Shown here in pieces: positions 1 to 6,895 of a DNA stretch of 41,493 bases. A model generated the notes under the pieces. That model was given only the letters and a program-made list of their open reading frames with translations, was not told the origin of the DNA and ran no database searches. The position numbers were made by a program, and so were the translations under genes. Position 1 is the stretch's first letter. Each line of letters begins with the position of its first letter. This DNA comes from a virus: IMG/VR virus record IMGVR_UViG_3300039305_000005, one strand, 5' to 3'.

Positions 1-127
1 GCGCACCGGCGAAAGGACACGTATGAGTTTAACAACCGAAGATATCACACGGCGGTTGTCACAACCAAAGTTTTCGCAAGCCAGTGATAACGGCGTCGAA
101 AGCGAGGTGCCTCAGTGACAACGCGCG
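1..127. repeat. Terminal redundancy: 1-127 is identical to 41367-41493 (circular assembly overlap; unique length 41,366 bp)
   Basis: Both ends read gcgcaccggcgaaaggacacgtatgag...gtgcctcagtgacaacgcgcg. The right-hand copy contains only the first 13 nt of the ORF that starts at 115. Confidence 0.9.
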
Positions 128-2037
128 CCAAGCAAAAGACTCGTGTAAAGCACGTCAGTATCGAGGCGGTTCGCGTCCTGTTTTCAGGGCGTGTTATTGC
201 CTTTCGCCCCGAGTTCTCCAAGATCGGCAAAGGAACTGCGTTAGGTCGCTTAGGTTCCAATGCCGGGTTGATGTTAGCGCAAGGTCTTTACTGGACCGAG
301 CACGGTGCAGACCAGGACGGTTGGTTCTACAAAACCCAGGAACAGTGGGAAGAGGAAACCGGCCTATCAGTAGATGAACAAGCCACTGCTCGCCGTAACC
401 TCAAAAAACATGCACTGTGGGACGAAGATCTTCGAGGCGTCGAATATGCTGACGGACGCCGAAGTCAGGGCAAACTTCACTACCGTGTAGAGCTTGAAGC
501 ACTACGCGTCGCACTCGAACAGCTCGTCGATATCTCACCAGATCTGGCCAATGAAGCCGCCCAACGTCGACGCGAACTTGCGGAGAAACGTCGGCAACAA
601 ACCAAGAAGAAAAGGTCCTCTGAGAACGTCACGTCGAAACATGTTTCGGGCAAAACCGGAAACACTGTTTTGGCACAATCGGAGGATAGTAGTTTCGGGA
701 AATCCGTAAAACATGCTGTCGGAAATACCCGAAACATGTTGGAGCAAAAGACGGAAACCCCTTCTATATATAAAGAAGAGTACACACAAAGAAGTACCAA
801 ACAACAGCAACAGACGACTTCGCATCAAGGTGATAACAAGTATCCAGATGATGTTGTTGATGTTGTTGTTAATCAATCAAACAGCCATTCGCCTCACGGC
901 GAAACCGGGTTAGATTCAGACGTTATAGCCCAAACTCCACAACAAGAAGATTCTCACGACCTAAAAACTTCCGGCGCGGCGGCCCGCTGGGGCGATGGAG
1001 TCGAGCCAGATCTGGTTTCTATTGTCGATGACTTGCCGGCTGATTACTTCGAGGTCTGTCCGACGGGCACGATGGCGGATTATAAACGCATCAAGGCGCA
1101 GACCAGTGCCGCGAAACGACGCAAGCTGATCGAGGACGAGATCGTCAAGCGCCTGCATGACATCGGGCTGCGTAACGTCGGAAAGTCAAAAGAGGATCTG
1201 CTGCGCAAGTTTGCAGTGGAAAAGCGCCAGATCTGCATCCGCCAGATCAAGTGGTGGCCATTCCGCGACGAATCGAAAGCGGAGTATTTAGCGGCTCATG
1301 GCTACAGTGCCGGCCAGATTCTGCGCAACCGCATCGAGAATGATGCGGCCATTCCCAGTGGCTACATTTTGCACCGGAATGAACTGCGTGCGAAGAACAG
1401 CCTCACAGCACGAGCATCGGTCATCCCTCCGATTCACCAGGCACCCGAAAGCGAGAATGAGAAGGCGCGCGAAATTCGGGAAGCGAAATTGAAAGCGGCG
1501 CGTGACGTATGGACACTGTGGCAGACCTGGCCGGAAACGCTGCGCGCGTCGCTCCACCGGGGCGTGGCAAATCGCAACGAGTGGGCTGCCGATAGAGTGA
1601 AACGAGGCGGTGGCTTAGACAAGGTGGATCCGGAAAGTATTTTGTGGATCGATTATCTTTACGTCATCCATGAAATCAGAGAGGAAGCCCTTGCAGCCAG
1701 CGCGCCTCCAGAAGAGACAGAATCGCCAGAGCAGATCAGTGCTCCCATTATGGTCGCTGTTGGAGCCGGTGCGGAAGCTGTAACCTCGGATTTTCAGCCC
1801 GCAGCTGCGGTGTTGCCAGAATTGATGCAAAGTCGCGAAATTCCGAAGCAGAATAACTCTGATCGACCGACGTACCGTGTGCATGACCAACTGATCGCAC
1901 GCTTAGAAGGCGGGGAGTTTACTCTGGATGATGTGAACGCATCCCGCGACAGCATCGGTGCCGATCTGGATGATATCGCATGGAATTCAGTCGTGGAGAT
2001 GGTTCGCTTTACCTGGAAGAAGCGCCAGGCAGCTTAA
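115..2037 (+). CDS. Putative replication initiator / replisome-organiser protein (function inferred)
   Basis: 640-codon ORF with GTG start at 115 and TAA at 2035-2037. The N-terminal segment (GWFYKTQEQWEEETGLSVDEQATARRNLKKHAL) resembles winged-helix N-domains of phage or plasmid initiators. The central Q/T/D-rich low-complexity linker coincides with iteron-like repeats. The start codon is uncertain. Confidence 0.6.
   Translation: MTTRAKQKTRVKHVSIEAVRVLFSGRVIAFRPEFSKIGKGTALGRLGSNAGLMLAQGLYWTEHGADQDGWFYKTQEQWEEETGLSVDEQATARRNLKKHALWDEDLRGVEYADGRRSQGKLHYRVELEALRVALEQLVDISPDLANEAAQRRRELAEKRRQQTKKKRSSENVTSKHVSGKTGNTVLAQSEDSSFGKSVKHAVGNTRNMLEQKTETPSIYKEEYTQRSTKQQQQTTSHQGDNKYPDDVVDVVVNQSNSHSPHGETGLDSDVIAQTPQQEDSHDLKTSGAAARWGDGVEPDLVSIVDDLPADYFEVCPTGTMADYKRIKAQTSAAKRRKLIEDEIVKRLHDIGLRNVGKSKEDLLRKFAVEKRQICIRQIKWWPFRDESKAEYLAAHGYSAGQILRNRIENDAAIPSGYILHRNELRAKNSLTARASVIPPIHQAPESENEKAREIREAKLKAARDVWTLWQTWPETLRASLHRGVANRNEWAADRVKRGGGLDKVDPESILWIDYLYVIHEIREEALAASAPPEETESPEQISAPIMVAVGAGAEAVTSDFQPAAAVLPELMQSREIPKQNNSDRPTYRVHDQLIARLEGGEFTLDDVNASRDSIGADLDDIAWNSVVEMVRFTWKKRQAA
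630..790. repeat. Iteron-like repeats plus AT-rich tract: candidate origin of replication inside the initiator gene
   Basis: Perfect 14-bp palindrome CGAAACATGTTTCG at 635-648. CGAAACATGTT recurs at 730-740. GTTTCGGG occurs at 643-650 and 692-699, with inverted CCCGAAAC at 728-735. An AT-rich tract, CTTCTATATATAAAGAAG, follows at 761-778. The layout recalls ori-lambda inside gene O. Confidence 0.35.
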
Positions 2038-2039
2038 GC

Positions 2040-2051
2040 CAAAGTACTTTG
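2040..2051. repeat. Class-1 palindrome copy (AAGTACTT core)
   Basis: CAAAGTACTTTG. Starts 2 nt after the TAA of 115..2037 and ends 9 nt before ATG 2061. GAGGTG follows immediately. Confidence 0.9.
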
Positions 2052-2060
2052 AGGTGCAAT

Positions 2061-2519
2061 ATGAATATTGATCCCGAGACTCCTTTTGGTGATCCCGTTC
2101 TTCTGTCCGTTGTCGGGTTGATTGCCAAGCATGAATACCTAACGTGTTCGGTTGCGTTTACTTATCAAGGTATAGTCATCGAAGGCAATATCGTTAATGC
2201 GAAAGCATTTTTTGCCAGTTGTTTTGATGAAGTCAGAAGCATGGATGCAATTGGACTTTCGAATTCTCCGAGCATCCCCTATCCTCAGCGAAGCCAGCTG
2301 GAAACAGATTTGATTGCACATCGTAGAGAATCGGAACAAAGGTTTTACGATTTAAAAAGCAATCCGCCGAGTCTTGATTTCGACGGTTATATTCATCTTC
2401 GAGATGCCACCGTCCATACTTCCAGCGGTGGCATCAAGACACCCCTTTGGCGTGGACGTATCGAGAAGATTGATTCTATTTTTAATCTCGGTGGAATTAC
2501 CGCAATTACGACTGAATAA
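2061..2519 (+). CDS. Hypothetical protein (A+T-richer accessory gene)
   Basis: ATG 2061 with GAGGTG 4 nt upstream. The track ORF 1980..2519 was trimmed to the first start that does not overlap the upstream gene. No recognisable motif. Confidence 0.7.
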   Translation: MNIDPETPFGDPVLLSVVGLIAKHEYLTCSVAFTYQGIVIEGNIVNAKAFFASCFDEVRSMDAIGLSNSPSIPYPQRSQLETDLIAHRRESEQRFYDLKSNPPSLDFDGYIHLRDATVHTSSGGIKTPLWRGRIEKIDSIFNLGGITAITTE

Positions 2520-2543
2520 AACCTAACGGATGAGAGGTGACAG

Positions 2544-2798
2544 ATGGAGCGCTCTCTCTTATCGATCTACGCCATTCCCAAGAGTGGCGCGACACTCGAC
2601 CAGTTTCGCTGGTTCGATGCACTTTGCGATTTATCGCAATTCGTCAATCTCGATGGTGATGCCATCCCCAACACAGCCACCCGCGATGAAGCACAAGCGC
2701 TGATCGATCAGCGCGAGAACTGGTTAGCGCAGATCTGCCCCGATGCACTGGCGGAACTGCACAGTACTTTTGATTGGCATCTGAGTGATGCCACGTGA
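2544..2798 (+). CDS. Hypothetical protein
   Basis: 84-codon ORF. GAGAGGTG lies upstream of ATG 2544. Same strand and tight spacing with its neighbours. Confidence 0.6.
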   Translation: MERSLLSIYAIPKSGATLDQFRWFDALCDLSQFVNLDGDAIPNTATRDEAQALIDQRENWLAQICPDALAELHSTFDWHLSDAT

Positions 2799-3159
2799 TG
2801 GAGAGTTTATGTATTCCCCTCCACCGATCCGATATCTTCGCTGTTGTGCCTGTGGCCAGCGCAATGCAACCGTGCAAAATCTGGTGATGTTGCCCTGGCG
2901 TGCTCCGATTGACGGCACCGGATGGAAATGCGAGTACTGCCAGTTGCCTGCTGATGGCGCGCTGGCCGTGGTCTGCGATCGCTGCATCGAGTCGGGCCGC
3001 ATTCCGTCGCGAGCCTGTTACGGCAAACCGGAAGACAACCAACGCATCAAGATCGAGCAGCTGCAGGATCGACCGTTCGAGCATCTGAGCGAGTGCCGCC
3101 TGGGCGATCCCAATGATGTGCAGGATCTGGTTTGTTCGGAAGAGGTCAAAGTACTTTGA
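2785..3159 (+). CDS. Cys-rich (zinc-ribbon-like) hypothetical protein
   Basis: Contains CCACG, CEYC and CDRC pairs, consistent with CxxC zinc-binding knuckles. An alternative start at ATG 2806 lies behind GGAGAG. The stop TGA is at 3157-3159. Confidence 0.6.
   Translation: MMPRDGEFMYSPPPIRYLRCCACGQRNATVQNLVMLPWRAPIDGTGWKCEYCQLPADGALAVVCDRCIESGRIPSRACYGKPEDNQRIKIEQLQDRPFEHLSECRLGDPNDVQDLVCSEEVKVL
3147..3158. repeat. Class-1 palindrome copy (AAGTACTT core)
   Basis: CAAAGTACTTTG. Overlaps the TGA stop (3157-3159) of 2785..3159 and sits 4 nt from the stop of the convergent gene 3163..4128. Confidence 0.9.
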
Positions 3160-3162
3160 TAA

Positions 3163-4128
3163 CTAACCGGGAAAGGCCTTGTTTTTAATAAGAACCCTTT
3201 CGAGTTCCTCATTAGCTTGGGTTATGAGTTTCCCTGCCTCCTTGAGTGCAGTTCGGGCTTGTGTCATTAGTTCCTCAGACCTGGCCCCGTAGCCTTGTTC
3301 TGCTAACTTCAAACCTTCGAACCCTTTTTCGCTGGAAAGACGTATCAGTCTGTCTGTTTCCTCGAACTGTTTAGGCACCGAACATTTCTTGTATTCATCA
3401 AAGTGCTTTGCCAAGCTCGCCTGTGCCGCCTGGGCTTCAGCAACAGTGTGCGGGTCAGTTGGATTGTCGATAACCATGTTCATCGCAAACGCGTGATAAG
3501 ATTTGAGATATTCGATTTCTTCAACGGAAAATATGGGTGCCCACATTTTAAGCACTGAATCTGATACTTTCGTACTTTTGGGCGGAAACAGGAACAAGAG
3601 CGCATGGTGATCTTTTGACAGAATGTCTATGGCCTCATCAAATCGTTGTTGGGCATCGTTAAAGGTCGAGATGACGTTATCAACCGAACCGACGGGCGCT
3701 CCAATAGCGTATTGGTAAACCAGCGCCAGGGCAGATGATGCCGATTCAAGCCCCAGGCCAATCGGGTGATGCAGAGTCTCGAATCGTGGCGGACAAGGAA
3801 GGTCCTGGAAGCGACCCTTCATTCCCTCGAAATTGGAAACATGAATCTCTAAATCATGTTGGGATAAATTTATGTTTTTCTTTACATAATTGAATTCAGC
3901 GAGAGCAGTGCTGATGTTACCGATGTATTCCATTTCAGCTTTCGACAGAGGCTTTGATTTTTGAGCAGTGGGCTTTTTTGCCGCAGTTGGTCGAGCTATC
4001 TTTGCCGGCGCCTTTGTCTGCTTTTTGGTAACAATCTTGGGTTTTGATGATGAAGCTTTTCCTGCCGAGCAGACGGGACTGGTGGATAGAGCAGCGGAGA
4101 GAATTAACAAACGTGCAAAATGTTTCAT
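3163..4128 (-). CDS. Secreted or envelope-associated hypothetical protein (A+T-rich moron candidate)
   Basis: The start at 4128 gives the signal-peptide-like sequence MKHFARLLILSAALSTSPVCSAG. A K/P/A-rich linker follows. The gene is antisense to its flanking genes and visibly A+T-richer. Confidence 0.75.
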   Translation of the reverse strand: MKHFARLLILSAALSTSPVCSAGKASSSKPKIVTKKQTKAPAKIARPTAAKKPTAQKSKPLSKAEMEYIGNISTALAEFNYVKKNINLSQHDLEIHVSNFEGMKGRFQDLPCPPRFETLHHPIGLGLESASSALALVYQYAIGAPVGSVDNVISTFNDAQQRFDEAIDILSKDHHALLFLFPPKSTKVSDSVLKMWAPIFSVEEIEYLKSYHAFAMNMVIDNPTDPHTVAEAQAAQASLAKHFDEYKKCSVPKQFEETDRLIRLSSEKGFEGLKLAEQGYGARSEELMTQARTALKEAGKLITQANEELERVLIKNKAFPG

Positions 4129-4182
4129 GGCCGTACCATAACACAACAGCCGCCGATTTCGGAAATCGACAAACTTTGTTCC

Positions 4183-4191
4183 AAGTACTTT
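4183..4191. repeat. Class-1 palindrome copy (AAGTACTT core)
   Basis: CCAAGTACTTTG in the divergent intergenic region, 54 nt upstream of the minus-strand start at 4128. Confidence 0.9.
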
Positions 4192-4203
4192 GATTTGTAC
4201 CAG

Positions 4204-4236
4204 AGCCCATATTGGTGGTACCGAGTGGGCTTTTTT
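4204..4236 (+). terminator. Weak hairpin plus T-run (possible intrinsic terminator)
   Basis: AGCCCA (4204-4209) pairs with TGGGCT (4226-4231) and is followed by TTTTTT. The stem is short and the loop is 16 nt. Confidence 0.3.
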
Positions 4237-4317
4237 CCCTCGTACATTTACACGCGATAATGGTAATTTAAAAGAGTAAACTTTTATTCGAACCTAACTA
4301 AACAGCAACTTCTTTCT

Positions 4318-4347
4318 TACCAATAGCGTCGAGATGCGTGGTAAAAT
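4318..4347 (+). promoter_or_regulatory. Sigma70-like promoter candidate with extended -10
   Basis: TGgTAAAAT at 4339-4347, with a weak -35 (TTACCA) upstream. The predicted TSS is about 4354, which places class-1 copy 4368-4377 in the leader of the 4393 gene. Confidence 0.35.
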
Positions 4348-4367
4348 CTCCCTGGGCATGACACGTT

Positions 4368-4377
4368 AAAGTACTTT
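4368..4377. repeat. Class-1 palindrome copy (AAGTACTT core)
   Basis: AAAGTACTTT, ending 15 nt before GTG 4393. Confidence 0.9.
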
Positions 4378-4392
4378 ATTTGTACGCCTGGA

Positions 4393-4767
4393 GTGCGCGT
4401 GCCCGACCTCTTTCACACCCTATTCCCCGACTCTGAGGAAATCTATACCCTCGAAGAAATCGCCACGCACCTGAACAAGAATTACGATCAGGCGTGCCAC
4501 GCGCAGCACACGCTATCGATGCGCACCGCAACATCGGCAGCCGTGCAGCCTCTCGATGATAAGCGCCCTGCTCATTACTCGCCCGAGGCGGCGCGTCTGA
4601 TCGGTCGCCACCTGGTGCGTGGTGTCGAACGCGAAGTGTTGAAGAGAGAAAGAGACCGTCGAGATGCTGCCTTGCTCGAAGCGGTGTTAGCGAACCAGAT
4701 CGTGTTGTTGGCTATGGCGGATGTTTTAACGCAGCTTTTAAAGAAAGATTCGCCAGAGTCCAAGTAG
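4393..4767 (+). CDS. Hypothetical protein (possible regulator)
   Basis: 124-codon ORF with a GTG start behind CTGGAG. The function is not recognisable. Confidence 0.65.
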   Translation: MRVPDLFHTLFPDSEEIYTLEEIATHLNKNYDQACHAQHTLSMRTATSAAVQPLDDKRPAHYSPEAARLIGRHLVRGVEREVLKRERDRRDAALLEAVLANQIVLLAMADVLTQLLKKDSPESK

Positions 4768-4929
4768 ATTCCCACTTCCGTCAAGTTACGCTAATTGCGG
4801 CACACACAACGCGAGTGGCGCATGGCACGATAAGGATACCGCTGTGATTAAAGTGAAGAATGAGTCACATTTTGCGCTTCAGCGGTTCTCATAACGAACA
4901 ATAGAACCATTACGTTTTGGAGCCTTATC

Positions 4930-5301
4930 GTGAAAACCATTCCTAACTCAACAGTTTCGCCCGCACATTTCCCCGCCAAGGGAATGCCCCTGCCGACGCC
5001 GGCCAGCGCCGATATCAGTGCCAAGATCGATTTACTCTTGTCTCGCTTGCCCCAAGATGCGCCCTTCTGGCAGCCAAGCGATATCGCGCCGATTTTAAAT
5101 CTGAGTGATAGCGGCTTTACCAAGTACTGTCGCAACTATCGCGGCCTACAGCCGTGGAGAGGCAGCTATCGTTTCTTCCTGGATGATCCTGGTCACATGA
5201 AAAAGCTGCGCGGACTGCTCACCGTGATTCTGTGGTCCGGTCTCAAGTTGCCCGAAGATCTGCGCCCGATCCGGAACCGTCGCGGCGTTCGCGTCCATTA
5301 A
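4930..5301 (+). CDS. Hypothetical protein (possible DNA-binding regulator)
   Basis: GTG 4930 behind TGGAG. The segment SDIAPILNLSDSGFTKYCRN looks HTH-like by eye only. Confidence 0.6.
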   Translation: MKTIPNSTVSPAHFPAKGMPLPTPASADISAKIDLLLSRLPQDAPFWQPSDIAPILNLSDSGFTKYCRNYRGLQPWRGSYRFFLDDPGHMKKLRGLLTVILWSGLKLPEDLRPIRNRRGVRVH

Positions 5302-5304
5302 AAG

Positions 5305-5317
5305 TGACCCTGGGTCA
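5305..5317. repeat. Class-2 palindrome TGACCCTGGGTCA
   Basis: Starts 3 nt after the TAA (5299-5301). The extended element AAAGTGACCCTGGGTCATATCTCAGTCACAAT resembles the element at 28483-28514. Confidence 0.9.
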
Positions 5318-5365
5318 TATCTCAGTCACAATCTCTAAATTGCACAATTCCATCGTTTAAACCGA

Positions 5366-5437
5366 GAAAAGCCAGGCCGACAGCGCCCGATCAATTTGAT
5401 CAATCTACCGGCGGGAAAGAGCGCGGCCTGGCTTTTC
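5366..5437. promoter_or_regulatory. Perfect 14-bp inverted repeat flanking a 44-nt spacer, abutting the endolysin start
   Basis: GAAAAGCCAGGCCG (5366-5379) and CGGCCTGGCTTTTC (5424-5437). ATG 5440 follows 2 nt later. This could be a terminator or attenuator-like stem, or a protein binding site. Confidence 0.5.
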
Positions 5438-5439
5438 TA

Positions 5440-6087
5440 ATGAAACTTCGCAACACCCTTCACCGTTTCCGTGGCGTTTTGATGTTAGGTTTGGCCTTTA
5501 CCGCACTGGTTGGCATAGCCACCGCATCCAGTGTGAACGCCGATCTGGTTCGCCGTTCCAATAACGCGACGCGTTTGCAGGAACTGAACCCCTACATGCG
5601 CCCCAAAGTCGCCGCTGTTGTTTCCGATCTGGAGCGCCACGGCTTAAAGCCGCTCATTGATGGCGCGATCTTTCGCACGCCGGCGGAACAGGCCGCGCTG
5701 GTGCGTAAAGGCCACTCCAAAGTACTTTACAGCTACCATAACGCTAATACGTGCGATGGCCGTGCACGTCCGTGTTCGCCCAAAGCTGACTCACTCGCCG
5801 CTGACATCGTGGATGGTCAGTTGTTTTGGTCTGCTGGCACACCGTTCTGGTTGAAGCTCGCGAGTTCTGCCCAAAGTCACGATCTCGATTCTGGGATCTA
5901 CTGGGGTTTGAGTGAAGCCCGGCGCAAGATGCTGCGCGATGTCATCGAGTCGAAGCAATGGAACGCGCAGCCGCGTTTAGGCTGGGACACCGCACACGTC
6001 CAGGTGCGCGGTTTATCGCTGGTGCAGGCCAAAGCCGGTAAACGCCTGGTGATGGTGAACGGGCGCAAAGTCATCGTATCACGTTGA
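5440..6087 (+). CDS. Putative endolysin, peptidase M15 (VanY / L-Ala-D-Glu peptidase-like), with N-terminal signal anchor
   Basis: N-terminal hydrophobic segment VLMLGLAFTALVGIATA. The H/D/H-type pattern SYHNAN...AADIVD...WDTAHVQV is typical of M15 zinc peptidases. The gene sits upstream of the terminase genes. Confidence 0.7.
   Translation: MKLRNTLHRFRGVLMLGLAFTALVGIATASSVNADLVRRSNNATRLQELNPYMRPKVAAVVSDLERHGLKPLIDGAIFRTPAEQAALVRKGHSKVLYSYHNANTCDGRARPCSPKADSLAADIVDGQLFWSAGTPFWLKLASSAQSHDLDSGIYWGLSEARRKMLRDVIESKQWNAQPRLGWDTAHVQVRGLSLVQAKAGKRLVMVNGRKVIVSR
5719..5728. repeat. Class-1 palindrome copy (AAGTACTT core)
   Basis: CCAAAGTACTTTAC inside the endolysin CDS, read as S-K-V-L-Y. Confidence 0.9.
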
Positions 6088-6176
6088 TGAGGTGATATGG
6101 ATTTATTTCGCTTCTTACTCGCGTTTGATGTTCCCTCGCTGCAGCATTTTATGAGCTGCTTTTATCTCCTACGGTT

Positions 6177-6347
6177 ATGGATCCCTTAACTCTGATCTCG
6201 ATCGGTTCGTTTGTGCTCGATATCGCCAGCATTGTGCTGGCGGTTTGGTTCATGCGGCGCGAGCGCGAGCTGGAAGAAGAGAATAAGCGCCTGCAGGCCG
6301 AAAACCTTTGGCTGTACAAACACGCGCTGGCCGAAGCCCCTCTGTAA
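6177..6347 (+). CDS. Small membrane protein (56 aa); holin or spanin-like candidate
   Basis: MDPLTLISIGSFVLDIASIVLAVWFMRRERELEEENKRLQAENLWLYKHALAEAPL: one TM segment followed by a charged coiled segment. It lies between the endolysin and TerS and is below the ORF-track size cutoff. Confidence 0.4.
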   Translation: MDPLTLISIGSFVLDIASIVLAVWFMRRERELEEENKRLQAENLWLYKHALAEAPL

Positions 6348-6355
6348 GTACTTTT
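6346..6355. repeat. Class-1 palindrome copy (AAGTACTT core)
   Basis: AAGTACTTTT overlaps the TAA (6345-6347) of the small ORF. ATG 6356 follows directly. Confidence 0.9.
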
Positions 6356-6895
6356 ATGGCACGTGGTATCCAACTGACCGACGAAAAGCGCGCACAAGTC
6401 ATCGCGGCGTTAGCCGCTGGTGATGGTGTGCGCGAAGTGTCGCGCCGGCTCGATGTGCCGGTGTCGACCGTTTCGCGGCTGAAAAACGAGACGATGCCCA
6501 AAGTACTTCGCGAAAGTGTTCCACCGGTTGAGACACCTGACGAACCAATCGGCTTTATTCCGATCGATGATGACGAAGGCGCGCTGATCGACGCGGAATT
6601 CGAGCGCCAGCACCAGCGCGAGCAGCTCGCCGATGAGTGCGAGATGGATCCTGGAACACTCGCGAACCTGGAACAGGTTGGAACACAAAAAAAATCACTG
6701 CACCAGCTCGTCGCCGATCTACTGACGGAAAACCTGCTCACCCTGGCCGCGCACGCCAAGATGTCCCGCGATCCGAAATGGTTCGCACGCCAGGGCGCGG
6801 AGGCGATGGGCATTTTCGATGGTGTGATGTCGGATAAGACGATCCGCATCCTGGAAGCCGCTGCAGCGGCGCAACCTCTGGACAATGGCAACTAA
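6356..6895 (+). CDS. Putative terminase small subunit (N-terminal HTH)
   Basis: The HTH-like sequence GVREVSRRLDVPVSTVSRLK sits at the N-terminus. The gene overlaps the TerL start (ATG 6885; stop 6893-6895). The track ORF 6308 was trimmed to ATG 6356. Confidence 0.6.
   Translation: MARGIQLTDEKRAQVIAALAAGDGVREVSRRLDVPVSTVSRLKNETMPKVLRESVPPVETPDEPIGFIPIDDDEGALIDAEFERQHQREQLADECEMDPGTLANLEQVGTQKKSLHQLVADLLTENLLTLAAHAKMSRDPKWFARQGAEAMGIFDGVMSDKTIRILEAAAAAQPLDNGN
6500..6508. repeat. Class-1 palindrome copy (AAGTACTT core)
   Basis: CCCAAAGTACTTCG inside the TerS CDS, read as P-K-V-L-R. Confidence 0.9.

Noticed and set aside
43-88. TATCAC...GTGATA inverted repeat and the GGTTGTCACAACC palindrome (54-66) upstream of the initiator gene as lambda-like operators
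   Set aside because: The resemblance to lambda operator half-sites is superficial. Each occurs only once, so there is no repeated operator set. They may still be regulatory, but there is no supporting pattern.
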